Below are positions 39,918-52,098 of a stretch of DNA of 64,000 nt, in pieces. Source of the stretch: Candidatus Marinacidobacterales bacterium (lineage in GTDB: Bacteria > Acidobacteriota > Vicinamibacteria > Marinacidobacterales > DATDRI01); the NCBI GenBank assembly GCA_965219415.1, contig OZ244742.1:1600001-1664000 (forward strand), written 5' to 3'. Every line of letters begins with the position of its first letter. Position 1 is the first letter of the stretch. The notes under the pieces were generated by a model, which saw nothing but the letters and a program-made list of their open reading frames with translations, ran no database searches and had not been told where the DNA came from. The position numbers and the translations under genes were made by a program.

Positions 39918-41159
39918 ATGTCCAAGGTCGTCGTGATCGGCACGGGTGTCATTGGACTCTCCTGCGCCTACGAGCTCGTGCGCAAGGGAGCGGAAGTCAC
40001 CGTCTTGGACAAAGGGCGGCTCGGTGAAGGCGCGGCTTGGGGAAGCGCCGGCTGGGTCACCCAGATGCTCTCCGCTCCCCTTCCCGCGCTCGGGCTGGTG
40101 GCAGCGTCCCTCAAGTGGATGACGAAAAAGGACAGTCCCCTCTACATCAAGCCATGGGCAAACTCAGCACTCCCGAAATGGCTATGGGATTTTTGGCGAC
40201 ACTGCAACCGGCGTGATCACGAGAGAGGCCTCGGGGCGATGGCCGCCTTGACGCAGCACACGATGACCTTGTATGACGCGCTTGCGAAAGACGGGATCGA
40301 ATTCGAGATGGAAAAAGCCGGAATGCTCTTCGCTTTCACGAGCGAAGAGGGACTGCAGCACACTCACGACGAACTTCGCGCGATGGAGAAATACGGCTAC
40401 TCGGCACCGCCGGTGCTCGACGGTGATTCCGTTCGCGATGCGGAGCCCGCCCTTGCCAAAGCGGTCGTGGGCGGTATGTTGGTCGAGTCTGAGCGCCACG
40501 TGCGTCCGGAGCTCCTAACTACCGGTCTCTCCCGCCGACTTGCGGAATCCACTGCAGAACTGAAGGCGAGTACCAAAGTCACCGGCGTCAAGCGGCAAGG
40601 GTCGAGGATGACCGCCGTCGTGACAACCGCGGGCGAGGTGACGGGCGATGGTTTTCCCATTGCAGGTGGTGCCTGGTCCGCCTCGCTCGCCCGGATGGCG
40701 GGCTTCCGATTACCCGTCCAGTGCGGAAAAGGCTATAGCGTGACGATCGCCGAGCCCTCGGTAAGGTTGCGACGGCCGCTCTATCTCGGCGAGGCGAAAT
40801 TGGGCGTCACACCCTTTCGGAACGCCCTCCGCATCGCCGGGACGATGGAGCTTGCCGGGATTAGCGAAGCGTTGGACCCTCGACGCCTCGCCGCCATTCG
40901 CGCATCGGCGGATCAATTTATCGTCGGTTGGCGCCAGGGTAAGAGCGAAGAGGAATGGGCGGGCATGAGAGCAGTGACGCCGGACGGCCTCCCCACCATC
41001 GGGCGAGCCCCCGGATACGACAACCTTTATGTCGCAACCGGTCACGCCATGCTCGGCGTCACGCTAGCACCCGCCACCGGTGTTGCGATAGCAGAGCTCA
41101 TGCACTCCGGTAAGTCGGAAGTCGACTTGCGGCCCTTCGATCCGAACCGATTCTCTTAG
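39918..41159 (+). CDS. FAD-dependent D-amino acid dehydrogenase (DadA-like)
   Basis: VVIGTGVIG, GKGYSVT, AGTMEL, WAGMR..TPDGLPTIG, GHAMLGVTLAPATG. Confidence 0.9.
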   Translation: MSKVVVIGTGVIGLSCAYELVRKGAEVTVLDKGRLGEGAAWGSAGWVTQMLSAPLPALGLVAASLKWMTKKDSPLYIKPWANSALPKWLWDFWRHCNRRDHERGLGAMAALTQHTMTLYDALAKDGIEFEMEKAGMLFAFTSEEGLQHTHDELRAMEKYGYSAPPVLDGDSVRDAEPALAKAVVGGMLVESERHVRPELLTTGLSRRLAESTAELKASTKVTGVKRQGSRMTAVVTTAGEVTGDGFPIAGGAWSASLARMAGFRLPVQCGKGYSVTIAEPSVRLRRPLYLGEAKLGVTPFRNALRIAGTMELAGISEALDPRRLAAIRASADQFIVGWRQGKSEEEWAGMRAVTPDGLPTIGRAPGYDNLYVATGHAMLGVTLAPATGVAIAELMHSGKSEVDLRPFDPNRFS

Positions 41160-41806
41160 CGAGAGGATTTCAAGAGTCGGGCCACCCCAACCGTGAGCAG
41201 AGGTAGCGCGTAGAGAAGAAGGAACGCGTAGGCCATCGCCCCGTATCCCTTGGCTACCAACGTAATGATGCCTATCCGAGAGAGCACCGCCGCCGACAAG
41301 AGCAGTCCAACCGTCACCACTACAATCTGTCTCGGCGTAAGTGCCTTTCTGCCAGTCTCCTCGAGGCTGACCGAGACCCGGTCTGTCACCGCATGGATGA
41401 GCCCGGTACTCGTCTCGATCCAGAGTCCATAACACGACCAAAGCGTAGACGGTGATGACGCCGGTCCCGGAAACCTGCTTCAACATCACGAGCCAGGGCA
41501 CCGGAGCCCCTAAGACCTGTTCTTCTGGATAGAACCCCATCACCGCGAAGTAAGTGAGTGCGAACGGGACTTCACGAACGTTCGATAGTCGTAGGCGCGA
41601 TTGAGCCGGGCGAACTCGTAGGTCAGGCTCACGAAGATCGTAAAGCCGGCGAAGATCGCAGCCACACTCCAAATACCGAGCGAGCCGAACTTCGCTCCGT
41701 ACTCCAAGATCTCTCGGCCCGTCGCATAGGCGCCGCCGATCAGAACAGATTGAAAGATGATTCCAGGAAGGATGTATTGCTCGAAACGGGTCTTGAGGGA
41801 ACTCAC
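41156..41806 (-). pseudogene. YkvI-like membrane protein, internally deleted and frameshifted
   Basis: QSVLIGGAYATGRE..AYDYRTF fused to C-terminal APVPWL and GIITLVAKGYG pieces in three frames. Confidence 0.75.
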
Positions 41807-41828
41807 CGGCCCGGTCCGTTACTAGGCT

Positions 41829-42483
41829 TCAATAGACGCCCGGGATCAGCCGCCGGGTCTTCGCACTGTATTCCTCATAGAGAGCGCCATACTTCTTCCC
41901 GCATGTGGGCCTCTTCCCGCCGAATCCTCCTCAGGATAAGCGCAACCCACGCTATTGCGAGAAACCATCCGAGGACACTGGCGAAGAGGAGTGAAAAGGC
42001 GACGCGGCTAGCCATGATGCCGGTGTAGCGAGGGTGCCGCACAAGAGCATAGGGACCGGCGGTGATGATCCTGCTACCCATGTCGGGATGTCCGAAGTGC
42101 TCCCGCAAGTACTTGTCGGCCCAGAGAAGCCACAAAGGCGTCACGGCCCAGATGACTAGGCCGGTCGACTGAAGAACCGGTTGGGCTAGTTCGGGGAGCA
42201 ACCGCCAATGCCCGTAGTCCAAGAAAACCGCCAGCTCGACGAGGGTGAGGGGTATGACCCATTGGTGAAGGCCCGGATCATACGTATTGCCCAGCGCCTC
42301 GTCCTGGAGTTCCTTCGTGGCGCTCACGCTCTTCAAGAATGTCCGGTTCTCGAAGAACCAGAGCGGCGATAAGGCGAAAAAAAAACCCGAGAAGAGATCG
42401 ATGTGCGACGCCGGGTGTGGGCTTCCCCACTGCCAGAGGGATGCCCATGCGGCTGCCAGATAGACTGCGAAGAAAAAACCCAC
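41829..42483 (-). pseudogene. Isoprenylcysteine carboxyl methyltransferase (ICMT/PEMT) family, C-terminal frameshift
   Basis: ITAGPYALVRHPRYTG, RIRREE; tail KYGALYEEYSAKTRRLIPGVY lies in another frame. Confidence 0.75.
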
Positions 42484-42504
42484 ACCTCTCGGCCCGGCTC
42501 TCGT

Positions 42505-42747
42505 CTAAGCCCTCTTGAGGGCACCCACGACCGCCAGCAAGACGACCGCACCGACTGCCGCGACGAGGAGCGATCCGATGGGACCGGATCCCGCGATGCC
42601 TAGGAGTCCAAGGAGATGCCCCCCCAAAAACGCCCCCACCACGCCCACCACCATGTTGCCGACCAGGCCGAAACCCCGGCCCTTCATGATCTGACCGGCG
42701 ATCCAACCGGCCGCAACGCCAATGGCTAGAAAGAGTATGAGTTCCAT
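42505..42747 (-). CDS. GlsB/YeaQ/YmgE (transglycosylase-associated) membrane protein
   Basis: IGVAAGWIAGQIMKGRGFGLVGNMVVGVVGAFLGG; GGAGG RBS. Confidence 0.9.
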   Translation of the reverse strand: MELILFLAIGVAAGWIAGQIMKGRGFGLVGNMVVGVVGAFLGGHLLGLLGIAGSGPIGSLLVAAVGAVVLLAVVGALKRA

Positions 42748-42861
42748 AAGTTCCTCCTAGGCACTCAATACTCTAATCGCGTCTGGCATTTCAACCTCAT
42801 AGGGATGGCAGGGCCAAGGGGCCTGTGCTAGATTCTGCCCGTCCGATACGGAGGTGTCCCG

Positions 42862-44746
42862 ATGAAATGCTCTGAGAATCGTCGACCGCCCACGCTCCTC
42901 ACAAGCCTCCTGCTTAGTCTTGCGATAACAGCCACCGCCGGCCCGGGTGCCCAAGAAACAGAACCGCGCCAGTTCGGAGGCACCTACGATCTGCTGGAGC
43001 CCGGGCAACGGGGGCTTATCGACGATTGGGTCCGCCGATTCGATGAAGTCACCGAGCGCGACACACCCCCCGACGTCTTGTACAACGTGATCCGACTTTC
43101 CACCCGCACGACGTTCGACACGGTGACCCATGCTTTGACAACAACGGCGCTTACTGACGAGTCTGGACAATCGCTAGGCACGGCACTCGATCTCATCGAC
43201 TACATGGAGACGATCAAGGGTAAGGTCAAGGGAGAAGGAGGCGACCGGCAGTTCCGCATGTATGCCGTAATGAAGCCGGACACCAAAGAGATCCTGACAA
43301 AAAGCCAAGAGTTCAAACGTGGCGCGGACAACACGATCTATCACAAGGGATACCCCGTCAATTACCGTCAGGCTGGAAAGATCCCTTCGATACAGATCTC
43401 TATGGCGAGAGAAGGGAACCGAGCCGACATTGACGTGGACTACCGTTCCTCCGGGTTCCCGCAGGCACTCTTCAACGGCCACTTGAGCAGCACCAACTCC
43501 GACGTTCGTGCCGGGAACAACCATGACTGTCATGTGAACCGATGGGGAACCGGACTCGAGGACTGGTGGCGAGGCATCTTCGGAGTGCGCATACGTACCA
43601 GCGGAGACGATGTGGGCGAGGAGCTGATTCCCCAGCAGCCCCCCGCCGGCAAACTCAAGTTACAAGCAGCGGTCCACGATTTTCTCGAGCTCTGGTTGGT
43701 GGAAGGGGCAGTGAATGTGGCGATGAGCTACATGTCCGATCGCGCGTTCGAGTGCCTGCAGCTCGAAACAAGAGACACGACTCGACCGAGGAATGGCACC
43801 CATCATGCTCCTGAGAGGGATGGGAGCGGTGCACGAAGCTCTGGGCGACGTATCGAGCGTGGCGGACGCCACGGTGGGGGTGCGCCTCAACCATCCCGAG
43901 CTCAAGGTGGTCGAGAATAAGCATCATGCCCAATTCGTTCTGTACGATGTCCCCACCGACGTCGCAGCCAGTTTCGAGTGCATCAACCGAACGGAAGCGG
44001 TCGCGCGAACCTCTGCGAAAGCCGACCGTCGCTACGGAGAGTACTACGCCTCGATCTTCTACATCGGAGGTCCGGTCCGAGGCGAGACCATCGCTCTTCT
44101 CTGGGCCAAGGAAAACGGCTTTTGGAAGATCGTCTCTTACGAGAGCGAGGTCGAAGGTGAGGATCCCAACCTCCCCGACATCCGGCCTGCCGAAACCATC
44201 GAGGTCAAGCGAACCGAGGGCGATCCACACCTGATTTCAGTCGCCGAGGACTTCCACCGCACGTGGCCCATCGAGAAGAATGCCAAGCGGGCGCACGAGT
44301 TTCTCTCACCACGCGCCTACTCTTGTTACAACTTATTCAGACCCGCGGACCGGCCGGAAGCCAAAACGTCCGAGGAGGCGGGTCGCTATCTTCTCGAAGG
44401 ACTGGAGCGCGTCACGCGGGACGTGCCGGATGCCTCTAGCCTGAATGAGATTATCGAGGGGGTCGAAACCGTCGATGCACAACTCCTGGTCGTCACCCAT
44501 CCTGACGAGAGCGCATTTGCGCTGGTGGCGGGCCCGGATTACCAGGGAGAAGGTGCCGACTGCGCCAAGCGGGCCCAGGGACTAGAACCGCGCGACGTCA
44601 AACCGACGCTCAAGGACTACGGCAACTACTTCGCCACCGGCTTCCAGTTCAAGGTCGACCAGGGTCAGGGAGCTACCTTGGCACTCGTTTGGGCCAAGGT
44701 AGGTGGCGAGTGGAAGATCGTCGCCTACGATGTCAAGACGCCCTGA
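42862..44746 (+). pseudogene. Large secreted hypothetical protein split by a frameshift near 43770
   Basis: Signal peptide; ORFs 42862-43920 and 43793-44746 overlap; duplicated C-terminal module. Confidence 0.7.
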
Positions 44747-44772
44747 TTAACTAGACGGCTCGGTCCGCACCT

Positions 44773-46251
44773 CTATTTGGAGTAGCTTTCGAAACGTTGG
44801 CAGAGATCGACCAGCATCTTGAGCCCGAAGCCGGTGGCACCTGCTCCGTAGTACTTCCAGTTCTTCTCCAGCAAGAAAGGCCCCGCGATGTCCAGGTGAA
44901 CCCAGGGGGTTCCCTCCGGCACGAACTCCCGCAGGAATAGGGCCGCGGTGATCGTCCCCGCCATCTTGCCGCCGACGTTGTTGAGATCCGCGTAGGGCGT
45001 CTTGAGCGTCTCCTTGTACTCTTCGACCATCGGGAGCTCCCAATACATCTCGCCTTGCTGCTCGCCAGAACGAATCACGGCCTGGATCAGATCTCGGTCG
45101 TTCCCCAGGACTCCCGCGACCGACTCTCCGAGCGCACGAACGACGGCACCGGTGAGCGTCGCGATATCGATGATGTGAGTGGCTCCCTCCTCGCCGGCAC
45201 GCGCCAACCCATCGATGAGTACTAAACGACCTTCCGCATCGGTATTGTCAACCATCACCGACTTGCCATTCTTGGCGATGAAGATGTCCCCCGGCCTCTG
45301 GGCACGCTGACCGGGAAAGTTCTCGGCGGTCGGCACGATGCCGGTAACCCGCACCGACGGCTTCAACCGTCCGATGGCCGCCATGGCATAGATCACCGCC
45401 GCGCCGCCGGCCATGTCCCCCTTCATGGTGAACATCCCCTCGGGAGGTTTCAGTGAAATGCCACCGGTGTCGAACGTGATCCCTTTCCCCACCAAAGCGA
45501 CATGGTGTTTACTCTTCTGGCGTGGCTCGTAGCGAAGAACGATCATCCGCGGCGGCCGCATACTTCCCTGGCCCACAGCAATCAAGCCGCGGTACCCCTG
45601 TTTCTCCAGCTGCTTTTCGTTGAGGACGGTACACTTGAGCTTGCTCTGCGACGCGACTCTCTTGGCAAGTCGGGCTAGGGTCTCCGGATAGATCACCGCC
45701 CCGGGCTCGTTCACAACATCTCGGCAGCGGTTCGCTTCCTCCGAGACGACGTTGTAGCGACGGAGCTCGGCATCTGCAGCGGCGCGGTCCTCGGAACGGA
45801 CAAGAATGGACACCGTGATCTCATCCTTCGTTTTCTTCTTCTTGTACTTATCGAAGCGATATCCACCCAGCAAGTAACCCTCGGCCACCTTTCCGACGAA
45901 CGGTGCTCCGTCCGCCGCACACAGCAGAAACACGATCCGGTCGAAACTGTAGCCTTTCGCATACCCAAAGGACTTGGCCGCGAAGATCTTCAGGTTCTCT
46001 TGCAACTCGTAGTTCTTGGACAACGTCGTGGAAAAAACCAGCAGATTCTTGATGGGCGATTGCCCGGAAAAAGAATGGAAGAGCTCGCGCTTCTGTCGCT
46101 CCTCTTTGAACGCCCGTTGAGCACCCTGTAGGACGCGTCGTACCTCGGGTTGATCCACTTTGCATAGGGTCTTGTCGGGATCCAGCACCGCCACGGCCAG
46201 ATCCGCTTTCACTCGAGAAGGCGGTTGTGTCACAACGGTTAGCTTCATCAT
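44773..46251 (-). CDS. pepA: Leucyl aminopeptidase (M17)
   Basis: VGKGITFDTGG, MKGDMAG, NTDAEGRL, DIATLTGA, HLDIAG. Confidence 0.95.
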   Translation of the reverse strand: MMKLTVVTQPPSRVKADLAVAVLDPDKTLCKVDQPEVRRVLQGAQRAFKEERQKRELFHSFSGQSPIKNLLVFSTTLSKNYELQENLKIFAAKSFGYAKGYSFDRIVFLLCAADGAPFVGKVAEGYLLGGYRFDKYKKKKTKDEITVSILVRSEDRAAADAELRRYNVVSEEANRCRDVVNEPGAVIYPETLARLAKRVASQSKLKCTVLNEKQLEKQGYRGLIAVGQGSMRPPRMIVLRYEPRQKSKHHVALVGKGITFDTGGISLKPPEGMFTMKGDMAGGAAVIYAMAAIGRLKPSVRVTGIVPTAENFPGQRAQRPGDIFIAKNGKSVMVDNTDAEGRLVLIDGLARAGEEGATHIIDIATLTGAVVRALGESVAGVLGNDRDLIQAVIRSGEQQGEMYWELPMVEEYKETLKTPYADLNNVGGKMAGTITAALFLREFVPEGTPWVHLDIAGPFLLEKNWKYYGAGATGFGLKMLVDLCQRFESYSK

Positions 46252-46255
46252 TCTA

Positions 46256-48235
46256 TCAGGCCTCTTCTTCGTATTTCTCCTTGAGTTTCTCTACCACTGC
46301 CGGATCGGCGAGCGTCGTCGTATCCCCCAGTGCCTTACCCTCGGCAATGTCTTTGAGTAGCCGTCGCATGATCTTGCCGGAACGCGTCTTGGGAAGGTCG
46401 GCCGCGAAGATGATGTCATCCGGGCGGGCTATGGAGCCGATTTTCTTGACCACATGCCCTTTGAGCTCATCGATCAAGGAGTCGCTCGACTCGACGCCTT
46501 GCTTCAGGGTCACAAAAGCGGCGATGCCTTCACCTTTGATCTCGTGCGACCGGCCGACCACGGCCGCTTCGGCCACGTCCTGGAAGTCCACCAACGCACT
46601 CTCCACCTCCATCGTCCCGATGCGATGGCCGGCCACGTTTAGCACGTCGTCCACGCGACCCAGGATCCAAAAGTATCCGTCCTTGTCTCGCTTGGCTCCA
46701 TCACCGGGGAAATAGGTCTCCTTCGACCACTTGCTCCAATACTGCTTCACGTAGCGATCGGGATCGCCATAGATGCCGCGAAGCATCGCCGGCCATGGCG
46801 ACTTGATGGCCAAGAATCCGCCCCCGACTGCGGTCGACTCTCCCTTCTCGTTCAAGATATACGCCTCGATCCCCGGAAACGGTCGCGTCGCGGATCCAGG
46901 CTTCGTGGTCGTTACGCCCGGCAGTGGAGTGATCAGAATCATGCCGGTCTCAGTTTGCCACCACGTGTCGACGATGGGACACTTCCCGCCTCCGACGTTC
47001 TCGTGGTACCACATCCACGCTTCCGGATTGATCGGTTCGCCGACCGTACCCAGCAGCCTGAGAGAAGACAGATCGTGCTTGGCCGTCCACTCGGTTCCCC
47101 ACTTCATGAAGGCCCGAATGACCGTCGGCGCGGTATAGAACACAGTCACCCCGTACTTCTCGACGATGGTCCAAAAACGATCGTTCTCCGGCCAGTTCGG
47201 AGCGCCCTCGTACATGACGCCGGTGACTCCCAGCGACAGCGGGCCGTAGACCAGGTAGCTGTGCCCAGTTACCCATCCGATGTCTGCCGTGCACCACCAG
47301 ACATCATCTTCTTTGAGATCGAAGACAAATTTGGTGGTGGTGTACACACCGGTGAGGTAGCCGCCCGTTGTATGTACGATTCCCTTGGGCTTACCCGTGG
47401 TGCCCGAGGTATAGAGAATATAGAGCATATCCTCGGCGTCCATCTCCTCAGGCTCGCAGCGGTCACCGGCATCTTTCATGAGGTCGTGCCACCAAAGATC
47501 CCGCCCCCTCTGGAAATTGATTTCGAAATCGCCGCGGTTCACCACCACTACGTTCTCGACCGATGGGGTTCCAGCTACGGCTTCGTCCGTCATATCCTTG
47601 AGCGGAATCACACTCCCGCGGCGGTATCCGCCGTCGGCGGTGATCACCAACTTGGCCTGGGCATCATTGATCCGGTCGCGGAGCGACTCCGAGCTGAATC
47701 CCCCGAAGACGATGCTGTGAACGGCGCCGACTCGCGTACACGCGAGCATCGCAATGGGAAGCTCCGGAATCATGGGGAGATAAATGGCCACCCGATCTCC
47801 CTTTCCAACGCCCAGCTTCTTTAGGACGTTGGCAAAGCGATTGACCTCCCGATAGAGATCCCAATAGGTCAGCGTTCGCGTATCACCGGGCTCACCTTCC
47901 CAGATGAGCGCCGCCTTGTTTCGGCGCCAAGTTCTGACGTGTCGATCCACGCAGTTCACGCTCACGTTGAGCTTTCCACCCACGAACCATCGTGCGTGGG
48001 GAGGCTCCCACTCCAAGACCTTGCTCCACGGCTTCATCCACTCGAGCTCGCCCGCCATGCGGGCCCAGAAACCCTCCCGATCCTCGGCCGCCTCGCGGTA
48101 GACCGACTCGTCCCGAATCGTCGCCTTCTCGCGGAAGGAATCAGGCGGAGCGAACCGACGCCCCTCCTGAAGTAACGTCTCGATCTCCATCGACGACGGG
48201 TCTTTTTTCTCGGGCTTGTCAGGCGTATCCGGCAT
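46256..48235 (-). CDS. acs: Acetyl-CoA synthetase (AMP-forming)
   Basis: [51 protein letters not shown]; start MPDTP at 48235. Confidence 0.96.
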   Translation of the reverse strand: MPDTPDKPEKKDPSSMEIETLLQEGRRFAPPDSFREKATIRDESVYREAAEDREGFWARMAGELEWMKPWSKVLEWEPPHARWFVGGKLNVSVNCVDRHVRTWRRNKAALIWEGEPGDTRTLTYWDLYREVNRFANVLKKLGVGKGDRVAIYLPMIPELPIAMLACTRVGAVHSIVFGGFSSESLRDRINDAQAKLVITADGGYRRGSVIPLKDMTDEAVAGTPSVENVVVVNRGDFEINFQRGRDLWWHDLMKDAGDRCEPEEMDAEDMLYILYTSGTTGKPKGIVHTTGGYLTGVYTTTKFVFDLKEDDVWWCTADIGWVTGHSYLVYGPLSLGVTGVMYEGAPNWPENDRFWTIVEKYGVTVFYTAPTVIRAFMKWGTEWTAKHDLSSLRLLGTVGEPINPEAWMWYHENVGGGKCPIVDTWWQTETGMILITPLPGVTTTKPGSATRPFPGIEAYILNEKGESTAVGGGFLAIKSPWPAMLRGIYGDPDRYVKQYWSKWSKETYFPGDGAKRDKDGYFWILGRVDDVLNVAGHRIGTMEVESALVDFQDVAEAAVVGRSHEIKGEGIAAFVTLKQGVESSDSLIDELKGHVVKKIGSIARPDDIIFAADLPKTRSGKIMRRLLKDIAEGKALGDTTTLADPAVVEKLKEKYEEEA

Positions 48236-48505
48236 CCAAGAGCCTCCGTACCAGCTGCTGAGTGGCCATCTTATGACAAGCAACCATGCCAGGGCCAGTT
48301 GCGTTGGTACCCGACGGGGGCGCCGAAACCCTTGTGGCGCCGCGCTTTCGAGTTGAAAAGAATCGCGAGCCCCGCAAGTCGACCCGGCGACCGGCGTGAC
48401 GGCGATCACGTCTCGGCGAGGGCAGCAACTTTTCGGGCCGCTGGAAATGAACTACAACGTAATCAATCAGTTCCAATTGAATAACGAGGTTGGGGAGCGC
48501 GCCGA

Positions 48506-49198
48506 ATGCTGTGCTTGTCTCTATCGGTCTTGCTGCTGTTGGCTCCACTTCAGCCCAACGACGGAAGCCTGCTGGGTGGGGTCCTCGAGAATCGACGACT
48601 GCACCTTCGTGTGCGACCGCCGGTGGGCTGGAAGATCGTGAGTGCGGGTGTGACGGAAGACGAGCCCATCGAATTCTGGAAGGATGGTGAGAACGGGCCT
48701 CGAATCCAGATCACCTCGTACCCTTACCCGATATCCGAAGGCTCCGACATCGACAAGGTTCAGGCGGAGCTGAGCGAAGCTCTCAAGCGCAAGTTCCCCA
48801 ATCTACGCGTGGACCAGGAGACGAAACTGATCCACCAGGGTAATCCCGCCATCGAAGTCATGGCCACTCTTCCCGCGGCCGATACCTACTACCATGTCAT
48901 CCAGCGCTGCCTCTTCGCTCGTGGACGCATCTTCATCATTACGTGCGCCTCGTTCGAATCATCGTTCCTTTCCGACCTCAGCAGCTTCCGAGCCTGCCTG
49001 GACGGTCTCGAGGTCCTCGGCGAGATCTTCGAACCCGATCCCGCTGGCGACGGCGTTCCCCTATTCACCGTTCGCACCGCCGGGTTCGTAGGCTTCGGAT
49101 TCCTGGCGCTCGGTTTCTCCGCCGCTTCTCGGCCGCCCGACTCGACCGCATCGGACGTTGACCAATCATGCCGATCCCTCTCACGCACGAACAGATGA
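48506..49198 (+). CDS. Hypothetical exported protein (PsbP/Mog1-like fold possible)
   Basis: Signal peptide, RPPVGW, GRIFIITC, C-terminal TM; tail may be frameshifted. Confidence 0.55.
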   Translation: MLCLSLSVLLLLAPLQPNDGSLLGGVLENRRLHLRVRPPVGWKIVSAGVTEDEPIEFWKDGENGPRIQITSYPYPISEGSDIDKVQAELSEALKRKFPNLRVDQETKLIHQGNPAIEVMATLPAADTYYHVIQRCLFARGRIFIITCASFESSFLSDLSSFRACLDGLEVLGEIFEPDPAGDGVPLFTVRTAGFVGFGFLALGFSAASRPPDSTASDVDQSCRSLSRTNR

Positions 49199-50555
49199 CG
49201 GTCCAGCGACTTCCCTGGATCACCATCGCGATGGTGATGGCCAACGTCTTTATTTTTCTTTACACCCACCCGCAGACGCAGAGAGACGAAGACCGGCTCT
49301 ACGAGGTGATCGACGAGCTCCACGAGTTCGCTGCGGCCAACCCTGGAATGTCGCAGGAGGATTTTTCGAGCGAAGAAGAGCTCGGGGAGTATCAGCGACT
49401 CGTCGAGAAGTTCAACAACATCAATCGGAGTCGCCTTTTCGGCCGCTACGGCTTCGTACCCTCACGCCAAGAGTGGCCGGACGTCATGAGCTCCATCTTT
49501 CTGCACGGTGGCTGGATGCACCTCTTGGGCAACATGTACTTGCTTTGGCTTTGTGGGTGCTGCATCGAGGATATGTGGGGGCGCCCGGTCTTCGCTCTGA
49601 TCTATCTATCGAGCGGGCTGGTCGCGTGCATGGCCCACGCCGCCGCATTCCCACTGAGCGACGCTCCCTTGGTAGGGGCGTCCGGGACCGATCGCAGGGC
49701 TGATGGGGGCGTTTCTGGTGCGACTCTACGCGACCCGCATTCGTTTCTTCTACATGTTTTGGATTCACTGGGGAACGTTTTATTCGCCAGCCTGGGGTCA
49801 TGTTGCCCCTCTGGCTCGTGAGTCAACTCTTCTACGCCGTGATGTATCGCGACGGAAGTCCGGTGACATTCTGGGCCCACGTAGGCGGATTCGTCTTCGG
49901 CGCCGGCGTCGCGCTTTTCATCAAGCTCACGCTGGTAGAAGAGGCTTTTCTCGCTCCCGCCATCGATCAGAAAACGAATCTCTTCGCCCAGAATCCAAAG
50001 GTCACTTCGGCGCTGCATCTCATCGACAGCGGGAAACACCTGGAAGCCGTTCGCCCTCTCTTGGGAGCAATCCGAGACAATCCCGACGACGTCGATGCTC
50101 TGGACCTGCTCGCTTCATCTTACCAGTCGATGGGAAATGAAAAGGACGCCGCGCAGGCCCATGCGCGCAAGGTCCGGACCCACCTCAAGCGACGCGAGAA
50201 GGATCTCGCCATCGGTGCCTACTTCGACATGGTGGAATGCAGCCGAGATGTTTCGTTGCCTCCGCGGGAGTCGTTGGCGATAGCGCCCGCACTGATGGAA
50301 GACGACAGCCGCGACGAGGCGGTGGTGCTTTACCAGGGAGTCATCGGTTCGGCCAGCGATCCATCCATCAAACTGCGGGCGTCCCTCGCGCTGGCCGATC
50401 TGTACATTGCCGATCACAACGGAAAACGAGCCCTTCAAGTTCTGAACGCCGCCGCCCCCCTGGCCGAAACGCTCCCCGAGTGGAAGCTGCACCTGGAGGA
50501 AAAGCTCGAGGCGACGCGGAAGCTCGTGCCAGCCCTTTCCCCCGTTGAGATCTGA
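49168..50555 (+). pseudogene. Rhomboid intramembrane protease with TPR-like C-terminus, frameshifted
   Basis: FLHGGWMHLLGNM, LVGASG then frameshift ~49690, second shift ~49795, WAHVGG. Confidence 0.85.
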
Positions 50556-50646
50556 TTCCGTCGCCAATCAGTCTCTGCGCCTCAAGAGCCGTCTGGCGAG
50601 CCAGTTCGTGGCACCGCCCTCTTTTGACGGCCAAACTGTGCCCAGC

Positions 50647-52098
50647 TCAGGCCCTACGCCTCAAAAAGAAGAGAACGAGGATCGTATAGAGCTCGAGTCT
50701 TCCCACGATCATCATCAAGGCAAGTAGCAGCTTCGCCAACCCCGGTAGCGCCGCATAGTTCATCGTCGGTCCGACCGCCCCGAATCCTGGGCCTATGTTA
50801 CCCAAACACGCGGCGGATGCGGAAAAGGCGGACAGCGCATCCACGCCCATTAGCGTGAGCAACATCCCCCCCGCGGTGAATAAGACCAGGAAGAGCAGGA
50901 AAAAAGTGGTGACCGCGGAGACCACATCCTCGGGGATTGCCTTGTCGCCTATCCGCAGAGGCAGCATCGCGTGGGGCCGAACCATGCGTCGCAGATCGAC
51001 CGCCACTTTCTGGACCACGATGAGGATCCGTACCACCTTCACCGAGCCACCGGTGGATCCGGCGCAGCCACCGACGAACATCATGACGAACAGCAACGTG
51101 CGGGAAAAGTCGGGCCATGCGTCGAAGTCGGCGGTGGCGAATCCCGTCGTGGTCACGATAGTGCTCGCTTGGAAGAGGGCGAACCGGACCGCCGAGCCCA
51201 CCCCCTCGTATGTCCCTTGCCAAAGCAAGTCGGACGCAATCAGGAGCGCGCTCACCGCTACGATTCCGATGTAGACCCGGAACTCGGGGTCACGGAGTAG
51301 AGGCTGAGCCCGACCGCGTATCCAATGAAAGTGAAGCGCAAAGCTGGCACCGGCGAGCAACATGAACAGAACGATCGTCATCTCCACAGCCGGGCTATCG
51401 AACGCGGCTATGCTGGCGTTCCTAGTGGAGAAACCGCCAGTGGCCATGGTGGCGAAGCTATGCGTGACTGCGTCGAAGAGCCCGAGGCCCAGGGCCGTCA
51501 GGATGAGAACTTCCGCCCCCGTAAAAAGGATGTAGATGCCCCAAAGCGCCTTGCCGGTCTGGGCCAAACGAGGCGTCAGTTTTTCCTTGATCGGCCCCGG
51601 AGCTTCCGCCCCCAAGAGCTCCATACCGCCGATCGCCAACTTGGGAAGTATCGCGATCCCCAACACGATGATCCCCATGCCCCCCAACCATTGTGTAAGA
51701 GCCCTCCAAAGAAGAATGGAATTCGGTTCGCTTTCTACGTTCGGTAAGATCGAGGCGCCGGTCGTCGTGAAGCCCGAGACCGACTCGAAGATCCCATTGA
51801 CTATGAACCCAGGTCCCTTGATGAACACGTAAGGCAGCGTTCCCACCATCGTCGCCACAACCCAAGCCGAGGCCACCAGAACAAACGCCTCGTGCCGGCC
51901 AAAGGAGAACTCCTGTCGCTGAACGAACTTCCGTTCCAAAAAAATTCCTGAGACCGCCGCAACCCCCGCGGACATAAGAAAGGCGACCAACTCAATCCGT
52001 CCATCGGAGAAGTAAGCGACGGCGGCCGGAATGAGTAGGGCTACGGAGAGGACGAGAAGGAGGCGACCGAGAAGGAAGAAGACTCCGTGAAGATTCAT
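50647..52098 (-). CDS. trkH: Trk potassium uptake membrane protein
   Basis: SGFTTTG, WLGGMG, ATGGFS, TTTGF, GGCAGSTGG, GNIGPG, GRLE. Confidence 0.95.
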   Translation of the reverse strand: MNLHGVFFLLGRLLLVLSVALLIPAAVAYFSDGRIELVAFLMSAGVAAVSGIFLERKFVQRQEFSFGRHEAFVLVASAWVVATMVGTLPYVFIKGPGFIVNGIFESVSGFTTTGASILPNVESEPNSILLWRALTQWLGGMGIIVLGIAILPKLAIGGMELLGAEAPGPIKEKLTPRLAQTGKALWGIYILFTGAEVLILTALGLGLFDAVTHSFATMATGGFSTRNASIAAFDSPAVEMTIVLFMLLAGASFALHFHWIRGRAQPLLRDPEFRVYIGIVAVSALLIASDLLWQGTYEGVGSAVRFALFQASTIVTTTGFATADFDAWPDFSRTLLFVMMFVGGCAGSTGGSVKVVRILIVVQKVAVDLRRMVRPHAMLPLRIGDKAIPEDVVSAVTTFFLLFLVLFTAGGMLLTLMGVDALSAFSASAACLGNIGPGFGAVGPTMNYAALPGLAKLLLALMMIVGRLELYTILVLFFLRRRA

